Positions 17,301 through 24,000 of a stretch of DNA of 24,000 bases are shown piece after piece (the stretch's first letter is position 1; every line of letters starts with the position of its first letter). The DNA is taken from NCBI GenBank assembly GCA_965249815.1, contig CBDFMV010000003.1, positions 2,574,218 to 2,598,217 of the forward strand. Direction: 5' to 3'. This DNA comes from Spirosomataceae bacterium. Its GTDB lineage: Bacteria; Bacteroidota; Bacteroidia; Cytophagales; Spirosomataceae. A program made the position numbers and the translations under genes. The notes under the pieces are model-generated. The model was not told the DNA's origin, did not search any database, and saw only the letters and a program-made list of their open reading frames with translations.

Positions 17301-18116
17301 ATTGGCGTCGTCTATAAGAAAGAGGTATTTCTGCCCTGGGCGTACTAAATCGCCGAGGTCTTCAAGGAGGGGAGCGAATTTGTTGGTAATGCAAATAGGA
17401 GTGTAGCCTTCATTCTGCTTACAGAATTCACGGAGTGCCTCCAGAGCCAGCTTTGTTTTGCCAACGCCCGGTGCCCCCGACAAAATCGCAATGGTGTGCT
17501 GGTTGAGAAGGCTCAGGAATGAGGCTAAATCGTCTGAGCGGTGAAGGAAAGGGTTTGACAAAGGGTTGTTTTCGCCAATGGACTTGCGTTCCTGAGCGGC
17601 AATAAATTCGTCCGGTGTAAGCAGTTGCAGTGTCTCACCAGGAAGTCCGAGGTACCGACGGGCAAGTTGGGGGAAATCGTTGTGGATTGCCAGGGCCAAA
17701 CTGTCCAGGTTAATGAGTTCCAATCGGATGGTTCGTGGGCAAGCCTGCCGAAGCGCTTGGTCTTCTTCAGTAGTCAGCCTGCCAGCGAATGCCAGGGTGA
17801 TGCGGTCAATCTGCTGCGGTTGCAGACCTGTTTTGGCTTCGTCCAAGCACTTTGCCAAATCGTCATGCAGTTTTCCCGCGAGAGACCTCTGCTGTTTCGT
17901 GTACTCAATCAGTACGTATTGTCCACTTGGTAGGACTACATAGGTGTCAGGCGTACCCTTCACCGTTTGCATCTTCCCTGCTTGAGTACCTGTCCGGGTG
18001 ATTTGCCGGAACTCGGCCCCGTACTGGCAGAACAGGTATTCATCGCATAGGCGTTGAAAGGTAGCGGAGTCAACTCGTAAGAGTGCTCCCTCGATTTCGG
18101 TCAGGCGCTGGTTCAT
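14337..18116 (-). CDS. Large STAND-like P-loop NTPase with putative PD-(D/E)XK-like nuclease N-terminus (Avs-/nSTAND-like candidate defence protein)
   Basis: 1259 aa. N-term 'KGTPDTYVVLPSGQYVLIEYTKQ' (D...ExxK, nuclease-like). Walker A 'ILSGAPGVGKTKLALEAL', Walker B 'YLFLIDDANRQ', 'VILTVRDYAL' sensor-like. Long C-terminal helical region with no recognised enzyme motif. Confidence 0.75.
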   Translation of the reverse strand: MNQRLTEIEGALLRVDSATFQRLCDEYLFCQYGAEFRQITRTGTQAGKMQTVKGTPDTYVVLPSGQYVLIEYTKQQRSLAGKLHDDLAKCLDEAKTGLQPQQIDRITLAFAGRLTTEEDQALRQACPRTIRLELINLDSLALAIHNDFPQLARRYLGLPGETLQLLTPDEFIAAQERKSIGENNPLSNPFLHRSDDLASFLSLLNQHTIAILSGAPGVGKTKLALEALREFCKQNEGYTPICITNKFAPLLEDLGDLVRPGQKYLFLIDDANRQTPILVQTLEYLYAKRDVHFKVILTVRDYALNVVQRHLKTYQSDSYFLEKFTDEQINQLISAEPFGIRNPLFQQRIGFLANGNPRLAIMAARLAKKEQNILALNDATDLFVTYYDNLTDAEDNHLLSDPTRLKVLGLLAVFRQIDLLDESFCKQLSQAFGLSRDTFAAELSALEKDELADVYMNDQSLFKISDQNLATYAVFLAFIERKFLSVETLLTNFFEEYPHRIRDAFYGVLNVLDQQRTIADIREVTHQYFHSVREDDEKAFAFLEIFYFALPTETLAYLHQFAYLLPDLQAVWEENPWHGITGNTALEKRLTLLFHFLEGVNEHFETALELLLLIAKQNPKSSEEIVKKVNDRLSFRPDDTPYPELRQAAYFDFLINQASTGNSEARRLVVALVPSFLRIEFESNSSKGRLVTFTRLPLPYREPFLSFRESLWQFVRGQLPAYPQELRQVIYAYLKTFHRGEDKEYRQFDMERLIPLIYEYFSPNDFEDCHFAHEYVRLLEWKGIYSDEMEALTNHFHNQQYDFYLLMQWNRIRGQNAGDEIWTNEEEYKRKKQSELLENLDLSSEGAIDEFFNAVMALYSYKACEGESFDKQLVAILRGVADGPDKTLFERTIILFSQYDWPLHFGIPYVIHQIFGQIDCKVERWHQIFSGAAFHREEWKLAFWGLLAPEVITPFYAEQLILFYEQSTLQGLYFRDQIWNKYLPHRPTLYRDVLTALTKRYETKGIWYNLEYDFFSESISRFDPIADLPLLKKAYILQFGHTRTGHYDFDRRNLQALLTLDPGFLLEFVEAHYERQSDHISHPEIDNLGFIWQLEDSIGWAMKVIKLMKSKSRYDFLHGRYKSFFQQVLPNSKETVIAFLRAFVQEYHREPKEIESLTQALLEVGLEKEWSFCIREFLSINRSLSEFKMIDWAPHGGGGGADFNFDQMRADQLKQVVAQVRRMPTHLPYLGHIQHLEQIIGRYEKYADAERRRQFAQDD

Positions 18117-18170
18117 TATAATAAATGGATGTTTTCCGAGTAAACGCTTGAAATTTTTGTGAGTTCCATT

Positions 18171-18199
18171 TTGATATAACTTTTTTTACTATACATTTG
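18171..18199 (+). promoter_or_regulatory. Candidate Bacteroidota-type promoter (TTG-N18-TACATTTG) for the R-M/CBASS cluster
   Basis: TTG 18171-18173, 18-bp spacer, TACATTTG 18192-18199; start codon at 18204. Confidence 0.55.
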
Positions 18200-18203
18200 T
18201 GCC

Positions 18204-18797
18204 ATGATTCAACCTCTGGCCACCCTTGCCCGTATTCAATTAGGGACTACCCAACTCAGGGACGAAGGGGAAGGTGGAGTGCCGTTGGTGCAGGTGGGGG
18301 CCTTTGACAAGTACGGACGCATAATTCCAGACAACCCACGTCCGTTCAGCACGACTACCGCTGATATTCCTCAACGTGCCTGGGTTAAACCAGGGGATGT
18401 GCTATTGGCCGGAAAAGGAAGTCGGAACACCGCAGTCTATTACCGTCATGAGTACCCAGTTGCTGTAGCCTCTGCCGCATTTTTTATTCTACGGGTCATT
18501 GAGCCTGCCCTTTTGTTACCCGAGTTTCTTGCTTGTTACCTGAACCAGCCTGAACCTCAAGCACAAATGAAAAACCTTGTCAGTTCGTCGATTACCGTTC
18601 CAACCCTCAATAAAAGAGACCTGCTTGACCTACGAATTCCATTACCTCCTTTAGTTGTTCAGCGCCGCTTAGTGAATTTCTATAATGCGTTTCTTGAAAT
18701 CCACGACCTGAACCAGCACTTAACTAATCAATACGAGAAACTCCTCCATCAATGCTTTTTCCAGACTATCAGCCCGGATCTCAACAACCCGGAATAG
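18204..18797 (+). CDS. Half-size type I restriction specificity subunit (single TRD HsdS-like)
   Basis: 197 aa; 'DVLLAGKGSRNTAVYY', 'ACYLNQPEPQAQMKNLVSSSITVPTLNKRDLLDLRIPLPPLVVQRRLVNF' TRD/conserved-region boundary of HsdS. Confidence 0.75.
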   Translation: MIQPLATLARIQLGTTQLRDEGEGGVPLVQVGAFDKYGRIIPDNPRPFSTTTADIPQRAWVKPGDVLLAGKGSRNTAVYYRHEYPVAVASAAFFILRVIEPALLLPEFLACYLNQPEPQAQMKNLVSSSITVPTLNKRDLLDLRIPLPPLVVQRRLVNFYNAFLEIHDLNQHLTNQYEKLLHQCFFQTISPDLNNPE

Positions 18798-18838
18798 CTA
18801 ACACGGATCCATCTAATTCAGGCCTATCCAGTTCGGGT

Positions 18839-20383
18839 ATGAAACTGATTTCAGCCGCCGCCATCAACGGGGCCGTCTGGCGGGCCTGTGACACGTTTCG
18901 GGGTGTCATCGACCCCACGCAGTACAAGGACTACATCCTGACGTTCCTGTTCCTAAAGTATCTGTCGGACCTCTGGAAAGACCGATTCCAGTTTTACCTG
19001 AGCCGGTACAACGAAACTTTCGATAATTGCCCCCGTACGCAGCGTGCAATGGAACAGTTTGAGCGGTTCCGGTTGCCAGAGGAGTCTCGCTACGAGTACC
19101 TCTACGACCAGCGCAACGCCACTGACATCGGCGAGAAAGTAGACATTGCCCTCGAACACCTCGAAGAGTCTAACCGCACTAAACTGGAAGGAGTGTTTGG
19201 CGACATCAGCTTCAATTCAGAAAAACAACTTGGGCCTACCCGCGACCGAAACCGTCGAATCAAAAACCTCATCGAGGATTTCAAAAATATTGACCTGACT
19301 CCCTCGCATCTGGAAAGTAACGACGTCATCGGCGACGTCTACGAATTCCTCATTGAACGTTTCGCTTCTGATGCGGGCAAAAAAGCCGGTGAATTCTATA
19401 CACCTTCGGCGATTTCTACGCTACTGGCACGTCTGATGACTCCGCAGCCGGGTAGCCGTATTGCCGACCCTACTTGTGGTTCTGGTTCATTACTTATTAA
19501 AGTAGGCCAGCAGGTAGGTTCGCGGAACTTCGCTCTCTACGGGCAGGAAATCAACCGCAGTACCTACGCGCTGGCCCGAATGAACATGTTTCTCCACGGC
19601 TTTGACGACGCCATCATACGCTGGGGGGATACACTTAATAACCCGCTGCTGCTCGAAAACGACCGGCTCATGAAGTTCGACGTGGTGGTAGCCAATCCGC
19701 CGTTTTCGCTCGATAAGTGGGGAGCCGAAGATGCCGCAAAGGACCGCTACGGGCGATTTCATCGCGGTACTCCACCCAAATCGAAAGGTGATTTTGCGTT
19801 CATTTCCCACATGATTGAGACCACCTATGAGGGCAAAGGGCAGGTAGGCGTCATCGTACCTCATGGTGTCTTGTTCCGGGGCAGTACGGAAGGCTTGATT
19901 CGCCGGAAATTGATTGAAGAGAATCTGCTCGAAGCCGTCATTGGCTTACCCGCGAACTTGTTTTTCGGTACGGGCATACCCACAGCCATTCTGCTTTTCA
20001 ACCGTTCTCGTACGGGAAGTGCCAATACGGATGTGCTTTTCGTGGATGCCAGTCGTGATTACGCTGATGGCAAAAACCAAAGTGCGTTACGCCCCGAGCA
20101 CATCAATCGTATTGTCGATACGGTACAAACATTCCGTCAGACACCTGATGGTCCGGCGGGTTTGGTGGCCGATAAATATGCGTATCGTGTTACGCTGGAT
20201 GAAATCCGCGAGAACGATTACAACCTCAATATTCCACGCTATGTGGATACTTTCGAGGAGGAGGAACCCATTGACATTCGGGCTACTCAAGCTGAAATTA
20301 CCCAGTTAGAGGCACAGTTGGTTAATGCCAAAGCGCAAATGCAGCGGTACTTACAGGAGTTGGGATTTCAAGATGCTGACTAA
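18839..20383 (+). CDS. hsdM: Type I restriction-modification system DNA methyltransferase subunit (N6-adenine), HsdM
   Basis: ORF open from 18752; best start 18839 (MKLISAAAINGAVWRACDTFRG). 'GEFYTPSAISTLLARLMTPQPGSRIADPTCGSGSLLI', 'VVVANPPFSLDKW' (NPPF), 'GVLFRGSTEGLIRRKLIEENLLEAVIGLPANLFFGTGIPTAILLFNR'. Confidence 0.97.
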   Translation: MKLISAAAINGAVWRACDTFRGVIDPTQYKDYILTFLFLKYLSDLWKDRFQFYLSRYNETFDNCPRTQRAMEQFERFRLPEESRYEYLYDQRNATDIGEKVDIALEHLEESNRTKLEGVFGDISFNSEKQLGPTRDRNRRIKNLIEDFKNIDLTPSHLESNDVIGDVYEFLIERFASDAGKKAGEFYTPSAISTLLARLMTPQPGSRIADPTCGSGSLLIKVGQQVGSRNFALYGQEINRSTYALARMNMFLHGFDDAIIRWGDTLNNPLLLENDRLMKFDVVVANPPFSLDKWGAEDAAKDRYGRFHRGTPPKSKGDFAFISHMIETTYEGKGQVGVIVPHGVLFRGSTEGLIRRKLIEENLLEAVIGLPANLFFGTGIPTAILLFNRSRTGSANTDVLFVDASRDYADGKNQSALRPEHINRIVDTVQTFRQTPDGPAGLVADKYAYRVTLDEIRENDYNLNIPRYVDTFEEEEPIDIRATQAEITQLEAQLVNAKAQMQRYLQELGFQDAD

Positions 20384-20434
20384 GTTGCTCAACAAACCTT
20401 AAAATGCGGTTTCACAAGACTTTAATACTGGCCA

Positions 20435-21466
20435 ATGGCTGAGTTGTCTGACCAATTTACGGAAGTCGTCAACCTGATTCAGCAAGCCCGTGGCCGCGCT
20501 GTACAGCGGGTCAACAGCGAATTGATTGACCTGTACTGGAACGTTGGTGCCTACATCAGCCGCAAGGTGACCGCCAGCGAATGGGGTGACGGAACCGTGA
20601 ATCAACTGGCCGACTTCATCCGGCAGCACCATGCGGAGTTGCGGGGTTTCAATCGAAGGGGGTTGTACCGCATGAAGCAGTTTTACGAAACCTACCATCC
20701 GGTTCATGAGAATGTGTCGGCACTGCTGACACAAATTAGCTGGACCAATCACCTGGCTATTCTATCGCAGTGCAAGACCAGCGAAGAACGGCAATATTAC
20801 CTGCTTCGGAGTGCCCAAGAGCGATACAGTTCCCGGGAACTCGAACGCCAGATTGACAGTGGTCTGTTTGAGCGCACGGTGCTGGCCACCGCCCAACGGC
20901 CAGATACCGTTCGGCAACTGCCGCAGCAAACATCGGATGTGTTTCGGGATAGCTACGTATTTGAGTTTCTGGATTTGCCCGAACGTCACGATGAAACCGA
21001 CTTACAACGGGCCCTGATTCTCAACCTAAGTAAGTTTCTGTTGGAAACTGGTAGGCAGTTTACGCTTGCGGGCGAGAACGTGCGAATTCAGGTAGGCAAT
21101 CAGGATTTTTACATTGACCTGCTGCTGTACCACCGGACCTTGCAATGCTTAGTGGCTGTCGAGCTGAAAGTGACGAAGTTCAAACCCGAACACCTCGGGC
21201 AGTTGAATTTTTACCTCGAAGCACTCGACCGCGACCACCGATTGCCCCACGAAAACCCAAGCATTGGCCTGCTGCTCTGCACGAGTAAAGATAGCCAAGT
21301 TGTGGAATACGCCCTAAGTCGGAGCCTTTCGCCGACGTTGGTGGCCGATTACAGCCGTCAACTAATCGACAAACACCTGCTGGAAGCCAAAATAGCCGAA
21401 CTCTATCACCAAGCTCAACAAATAGCTGATGGCACCCTAACTCCTACAACGACTGATGGAAACTGA
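20435..21466 (+). CDS. DUF1016/YhcG-family PDDEXK nuclease domain protein
   Basis: 'LIDLYWNVGAYISRKVTASEWGDGTVNQLADFIRQHH', 'RFTLAGENVRIQVGNQDFYIDLLLYHRTLQCLVAVELKVTKFKPEHLGQLNFYLEALDR' (FYIDLL...ELK). Confidence 0.95.
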   Translation: MAELSDQFTEVVNLIQQARGRAVQRVNSELIDLYWNVGAYISRKVTASEWGDGTVNQLADFIRQHHAELRGFNRRGLYRMKQFYETYHPVHENVSALLTQISWTNHLAILSQCKTSEERQYYLLRSAQERYSSRELERQIDSGLFERTVLATAQRPDTVRQLPQQTSDVFRDSYVFEFLDLPERHDETDLQRALILNLSKFLLETGRQFTLAGENVRIQVGNQDFYIDLLLYHRTLQCLVAVELKVTKFKPEHLGQLNFYLEALDRDHRLPHENPSIGLLLCTSKDSQVVEYALSRSLSPTLVADYSRQLIDKHLLEAKIAELYHQAQQIADGTLTPTTTDGN

Positions 21467-22673
21467 ACTGATACCGTTAGCAACCAAAAACATTGCTCAC
21501 CAGCTACCAGACGGATGGGAATTGAGTAGATTAGGAATGCTGGTAAAATTCGTGAATGGCTATGCTTTTAAACCAGAAGATTGGAAAACGACGGGTTTGC
21601 CAATTATTCGCATTCAAAACCTGAATGACGCCAACGCCAGCTATAATTACTATGATGCTAAAGTTCCAGAACGATACTATGTACGTAAAGGTGATTTACT
21701 ATTCGCATGGTCAGGTACGAAAGGAGTCTCTTTTGGAGCAAGAGTTTGGAAAGGTGAATTAGCAATTCTGAACCAACATATTTTTCGGGTTATACCAACC
21801 AAAATTGACTCAGATTATTGCTATTACCTTCTCAGAGGGGCACAAGAAGCGGTTGAAAAAAATGCACATGGTTTCAAATCGACATTCGTACATGTTACGA
21901 AAGGCGAATTAGAGAAAGTTAAAGTTACCATTCCCCCCTTTGCCGAGCAGCGCAAAATCGTCGGCATTCTCGCCACCTGGGATGAAGCCATCCAAACCGC
22001 CCGGAACCTACTGACGGTAAAGCAAAAACGCAAATGGGGATTGATGCAACAATTGCTTACAGGGCAAGTTCGTCTTTCGGGGTTCTCAGAAGCATGGCGA
22101 GAGGTGAAAATTCGTAACGTAGCTCATGAAGTAAGCAAGCGTAACAAAGCAGACAAAGCGCTTAAGGTGCTTTCATGCACAAAATACAACGGATTAGTAG
22201 ACTCACTGGAATACTTCGGTAGAAAAATTTACAGCGATGACCTCAGCACATACAAAATTGCTCCAAAGAATTGCTTTGCATACGCAACTAACCATATCGA
22301 AGAAGGATCAATAGGGTACCAATCTAAGTACGATGAAGCATTAATCAGCCCTATGTACACAGTCTTTAGGACAGATAAGACCGTTGACGATGCATTTCTA
22401 TACTCCGTATTGAAAAGTGAGCGGTACGTCCAGATATACCAAAAAAACATGACGGGTTCAATCGATCGGCGCGGAGGCCTTCGTTGGGAAGAATTTTCCA
22501 ACATCAAGCTCAGCCTTCCTAACCTCGTAGAGCAACAGGCCATAGCCTCAATGCTCATCGCCGCCGATGAGGAAATCAGGTTGGCAAGCGCCGAAGTTGA
22601 TGCCCTAAGTCGGCAGAAGCGGGGATTGATGCAACAGTTGCTAACGGGGCAGGTGCGCGTAAACGCAGATTAA
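21456..22673 (+). CDS. hsdS: Type I restriction-modification specificity subunit HsdS (two TRDs)
   Basis: 'LPDGWELSRLGMLVKFVNGYAFKPEDW', 'IPPFAEQRKIVGILATWDEAI', second TRD, 'LPNLVEQQAIASMLIAADEEI'; duplicated '(G)LMQQLLTGQVR' motif. Confidence 0.96.
   Translation: METELIPLATKNIAHQLPDGWELSRLGMLVKFVNGYAFKPEDWKTTGLPIIRIQNLNDANASYNYYDAKVPERYYVRKGDLLFAWSGTKGVSFGARVWKGELAILNQHIFRVIPTKIDSDYCYYLLRGAQEAVEKNAHGFKSTFVHVTKGELEKVKVTIPPFAEQRKIVGILATWDEAIQTARNLLTVKQKRKWGLMQQLLTGQVRLSGFSEAWREVKIRNVAHEVSKRNKADKALKVLSCTKYNGLVDSLEYFGRKIYSDDLSTYKIAPKNCFAYATNHIEEGSIGYQSKYDEALISPMYTVFRTDKTVDDAFLYSVLKSERYVQIYQKNMTGSIDRRGGLRWEEFSNIKLSLPNLVEQQAIASMLIAADEEIRLASAEVDALSRQKRGLMQQLLTGQVRVNAD
22036..22657 (+). repeat. 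Imperfect 37-bp direct repeats within hsdS (GGGGATTGATGCAACA...GGGCA..T/G..CG)
   Basis: 22036-22072 and 22621-22657, 32/37 identical by eye, first 16 nt identical. Confidence 0.8.
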
Positions 22674-22685
22674 CAATACAACAAG

Positions 22686-23792
22686 ATGAAAAACGGCGAC
22701 GAACCACAGTCCTTTCGAATCCTGTCCATTGACGGCGGAGGCATCCGGGGAATCATTCCCGCCCGTTTTCTCTGTGATCTTGAAAGTGATGTCAGTCACG
22801 ACAAAGGAGAGGCTGTCCGTTTGTGTGACTACTTCGACTTGATTTGCGGTACGTCAACGGGTGGAATTATTGCAATTGGGTTGGCACTGGGTATGTCAGC
22901 GGCTGAAGTGTTGAATCTGTACAAGAATAACGCGAGTACCATCTTCGGACAGTCGTCTTGGTGGCTTGGGTTTTCTAAAAACGTTCGACGCCTGGCTTAT
23001 CCTAAACATTCCAGTTTAGGGTTGACGACGGTATTAAAAGCAGAGTTCGCCCGGTTTTCAGAAAATGGAGATACACGGATTGGTCACGCACGAACCAGAT
23101 TGGCTATTCCTGCTTTTCTGGCATCAGAAGGTAAGCCACGGGTATTCAAAACTTCGCACGACATGGAGTTGAAGCGCGATTACCAAATACCAGCCTACCA
23201 AGTAGCACTGTCAACCAGCGCGGCTCCTACTTACTTTTCGGCCCATACTTTTGAGTATGAAGACAATCGGACGAAGAGCAACAACAAGCTCACCAATTTA
23301 ATAGATGGTGGCGTATTTGCGAATAACCCAGCATTGATAGGCATATCTGAAGCACTGGCGCTGGGCTTTCCCGTCAGCAGCATCAAGCTCTTGTCATTAG
23401 GGACGGGTTCAGAATCCTTCAAAGAACCGCATCCAAAAAACCGATTTTATAACTTGAAGCCAGCTTGGGGAGTCAGCTATTGGCTTAACCCTTTTGCCGG
23501 GGCACCTCTCATCGAAATGATGATGCAAGCCAATTCTGAAAGTATAGACAATACCGTTAAAATTCTTAGTCGGGGATTAGGACGAGCCGAACGAAGTGTT
23601 TTCCAGTACGACCGAGTGCAAGTTCGGTTCGAGTCGAAAAAAGAACGGGTGGGTTTGGATTCGAGTCGGAAGAAAGAATTGGAGTTTCTCGAAGCGAAGG
23701 GAAAACACCTCTACGATTTACACGGAGGTCCGCTTACCCGTAGTTACTTCGACCAAAAAATTACGCCTTATACACCTTCATTCTCACTTTAA
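22686..23792 (+). CDS. Patatin-like phospholipase, CBASS effector-like (CapV-like)
   Basis: 'ILSIDGGGIRGIIPARFLCDLE' (DGGGxRG oxyanion hole), 'DYFDLICGTSTGGIIAIGLAL' (GTSTG nucleophile elbow), 'LIDGGVFANNPAL' (DGG); followed 11 bp later by a CD-NTase-like start. Confidence 0.92.
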   Translation: MKNGDEPQSFRILSIDGGGIRGIIPARFLCDLESDVSHDKGEAVRLCDYFDLICGTSTGGIIAIGLALGMSAAEVLNLYKNNASTIFGQSSWWLGFSKNVRRLAYPKHSSLGLTTVLKAEFARFSENGDTRIGHARTRLAIPAFLASEGKPRVFKTSHDMELKRDYQIPAYQVALSTSAAPTYFSAHTFEYEDNRTKSNNKLTNLIDGGVFANNPALIGISEALALGFPVSSIKLLSLGTGSESFKEPHPKNRFYNLKPAWGVSYWLNPFAGAPLIEMMMQANSESIDNTVKILSRGLGRAERSVFQYDRVQVRFESKKERVGLDSSRKKELEFLEAKGKHLYDLHGGPLTRSYFDQKITPYTPSFSL

Positions 23793-23803
23793 AAGAACAC
23801 AAG

Positions 23804-24000
23804 ATGGCCAATTGTCACTCTCTCTTCATCACCTTCAACGACGATGAACTGAAGCTTACCGGTACGAAAGAAACGCGAATGCGAACCTCCCGCGAGGACT
23901 TACGGAAACGTATTCGTAAGCACTTTGCCGAAAAGCACCCTGAATACAAACCTAAATTTTACATTCAAGGGTCTTACAAAATGCGGACAGTAATCCGCAC
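23804..24000 (+). CDS. CD-NTase (cGAS/DncV-like nucleotidyltransferase) N-terminus, truncated by window end
   Basis: Translation from ATG 23804: MANCHSLFITFNDDELKLTGTKETRMRTSREDLRKRIRKHFAEKHPEYKPKFYIQGSYKMRTVIR... Contains the GS(Y) nucleotidyltransferase motif in the usual N-terminal context. Not listed in the ORF track because it is open at the window end. Confidence 0.82.
   Translation, partial: MANCHSLFITFNDDELKLTGTKETRMRTSREDLRKRIRKHFAEKHPEYKPKFYIQGSYKMRTVIR

Noticed and set aside
14219-24000. Integrase, transposase or CRISPR array in the accessory segment
   Set aside because: No recombinase/transposase motif nor regularly spaced repeats were seen on either strand; island status rests only on tRNA junction, composition and gene content.

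Overview
The window is a GC-rich chromosomal segment, probably Bacteroidota/Cytophagales-like, judged from TAnnTTTG-type promoters and protein families. It runs from position 1 to a tRNA-Asp at about 14.15-14.22 kb. After that comes a visibly more AT-rich accessory segment, 14.2-24.0 kb, dense in anti-phage-type genes. The left part holds an FAD-linked (BBE-type) oxidoreductase, a vanadium haloperoxidase/PAP2-like protein, a small antitoxin-like gene translationally coupled to a truncated PIN-toxin start, and a DUF5916-like outer-membrane/CBM9 protein. It continues with a LuxR-type HTH C-terminal remnant, an SGNH/GDSL-like protein, a hotdog thioesterase, a histidine phosphatase, a LytS/LytTR two-component pair, a TPR protein, a C4 zinc-ribbon coiled-coil protein, a Nif3-like protein and a DinB-family protein. 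The right part holds a 1259-aa STAND-like P-loop NTPase with a nuclease-like N-terminus. Divergent from it is a tightly packed same-strand cluster: half-size HsdS, HsdM, DUF1016/YhcG PDDEXK nuclease, full-size HsdS, patatin-like phospholipase (CapV-like), and the first 65 complete codons of a CD-NTase-like gene at 23804..24000 (missed by the ORF track). The strongest signals are three. One is a CBASS-like phospholipase/CD-NTase pair directly fused (12 bp gap) to a type I R-M-like operon that has no hsdR in the expected slot. Another is the large STAND-type protein. The third is the tRNA-Asp/terminator/direct-repeat junction that looks like an integration site. All family assignments are by recognition of motifs; no database search was run.
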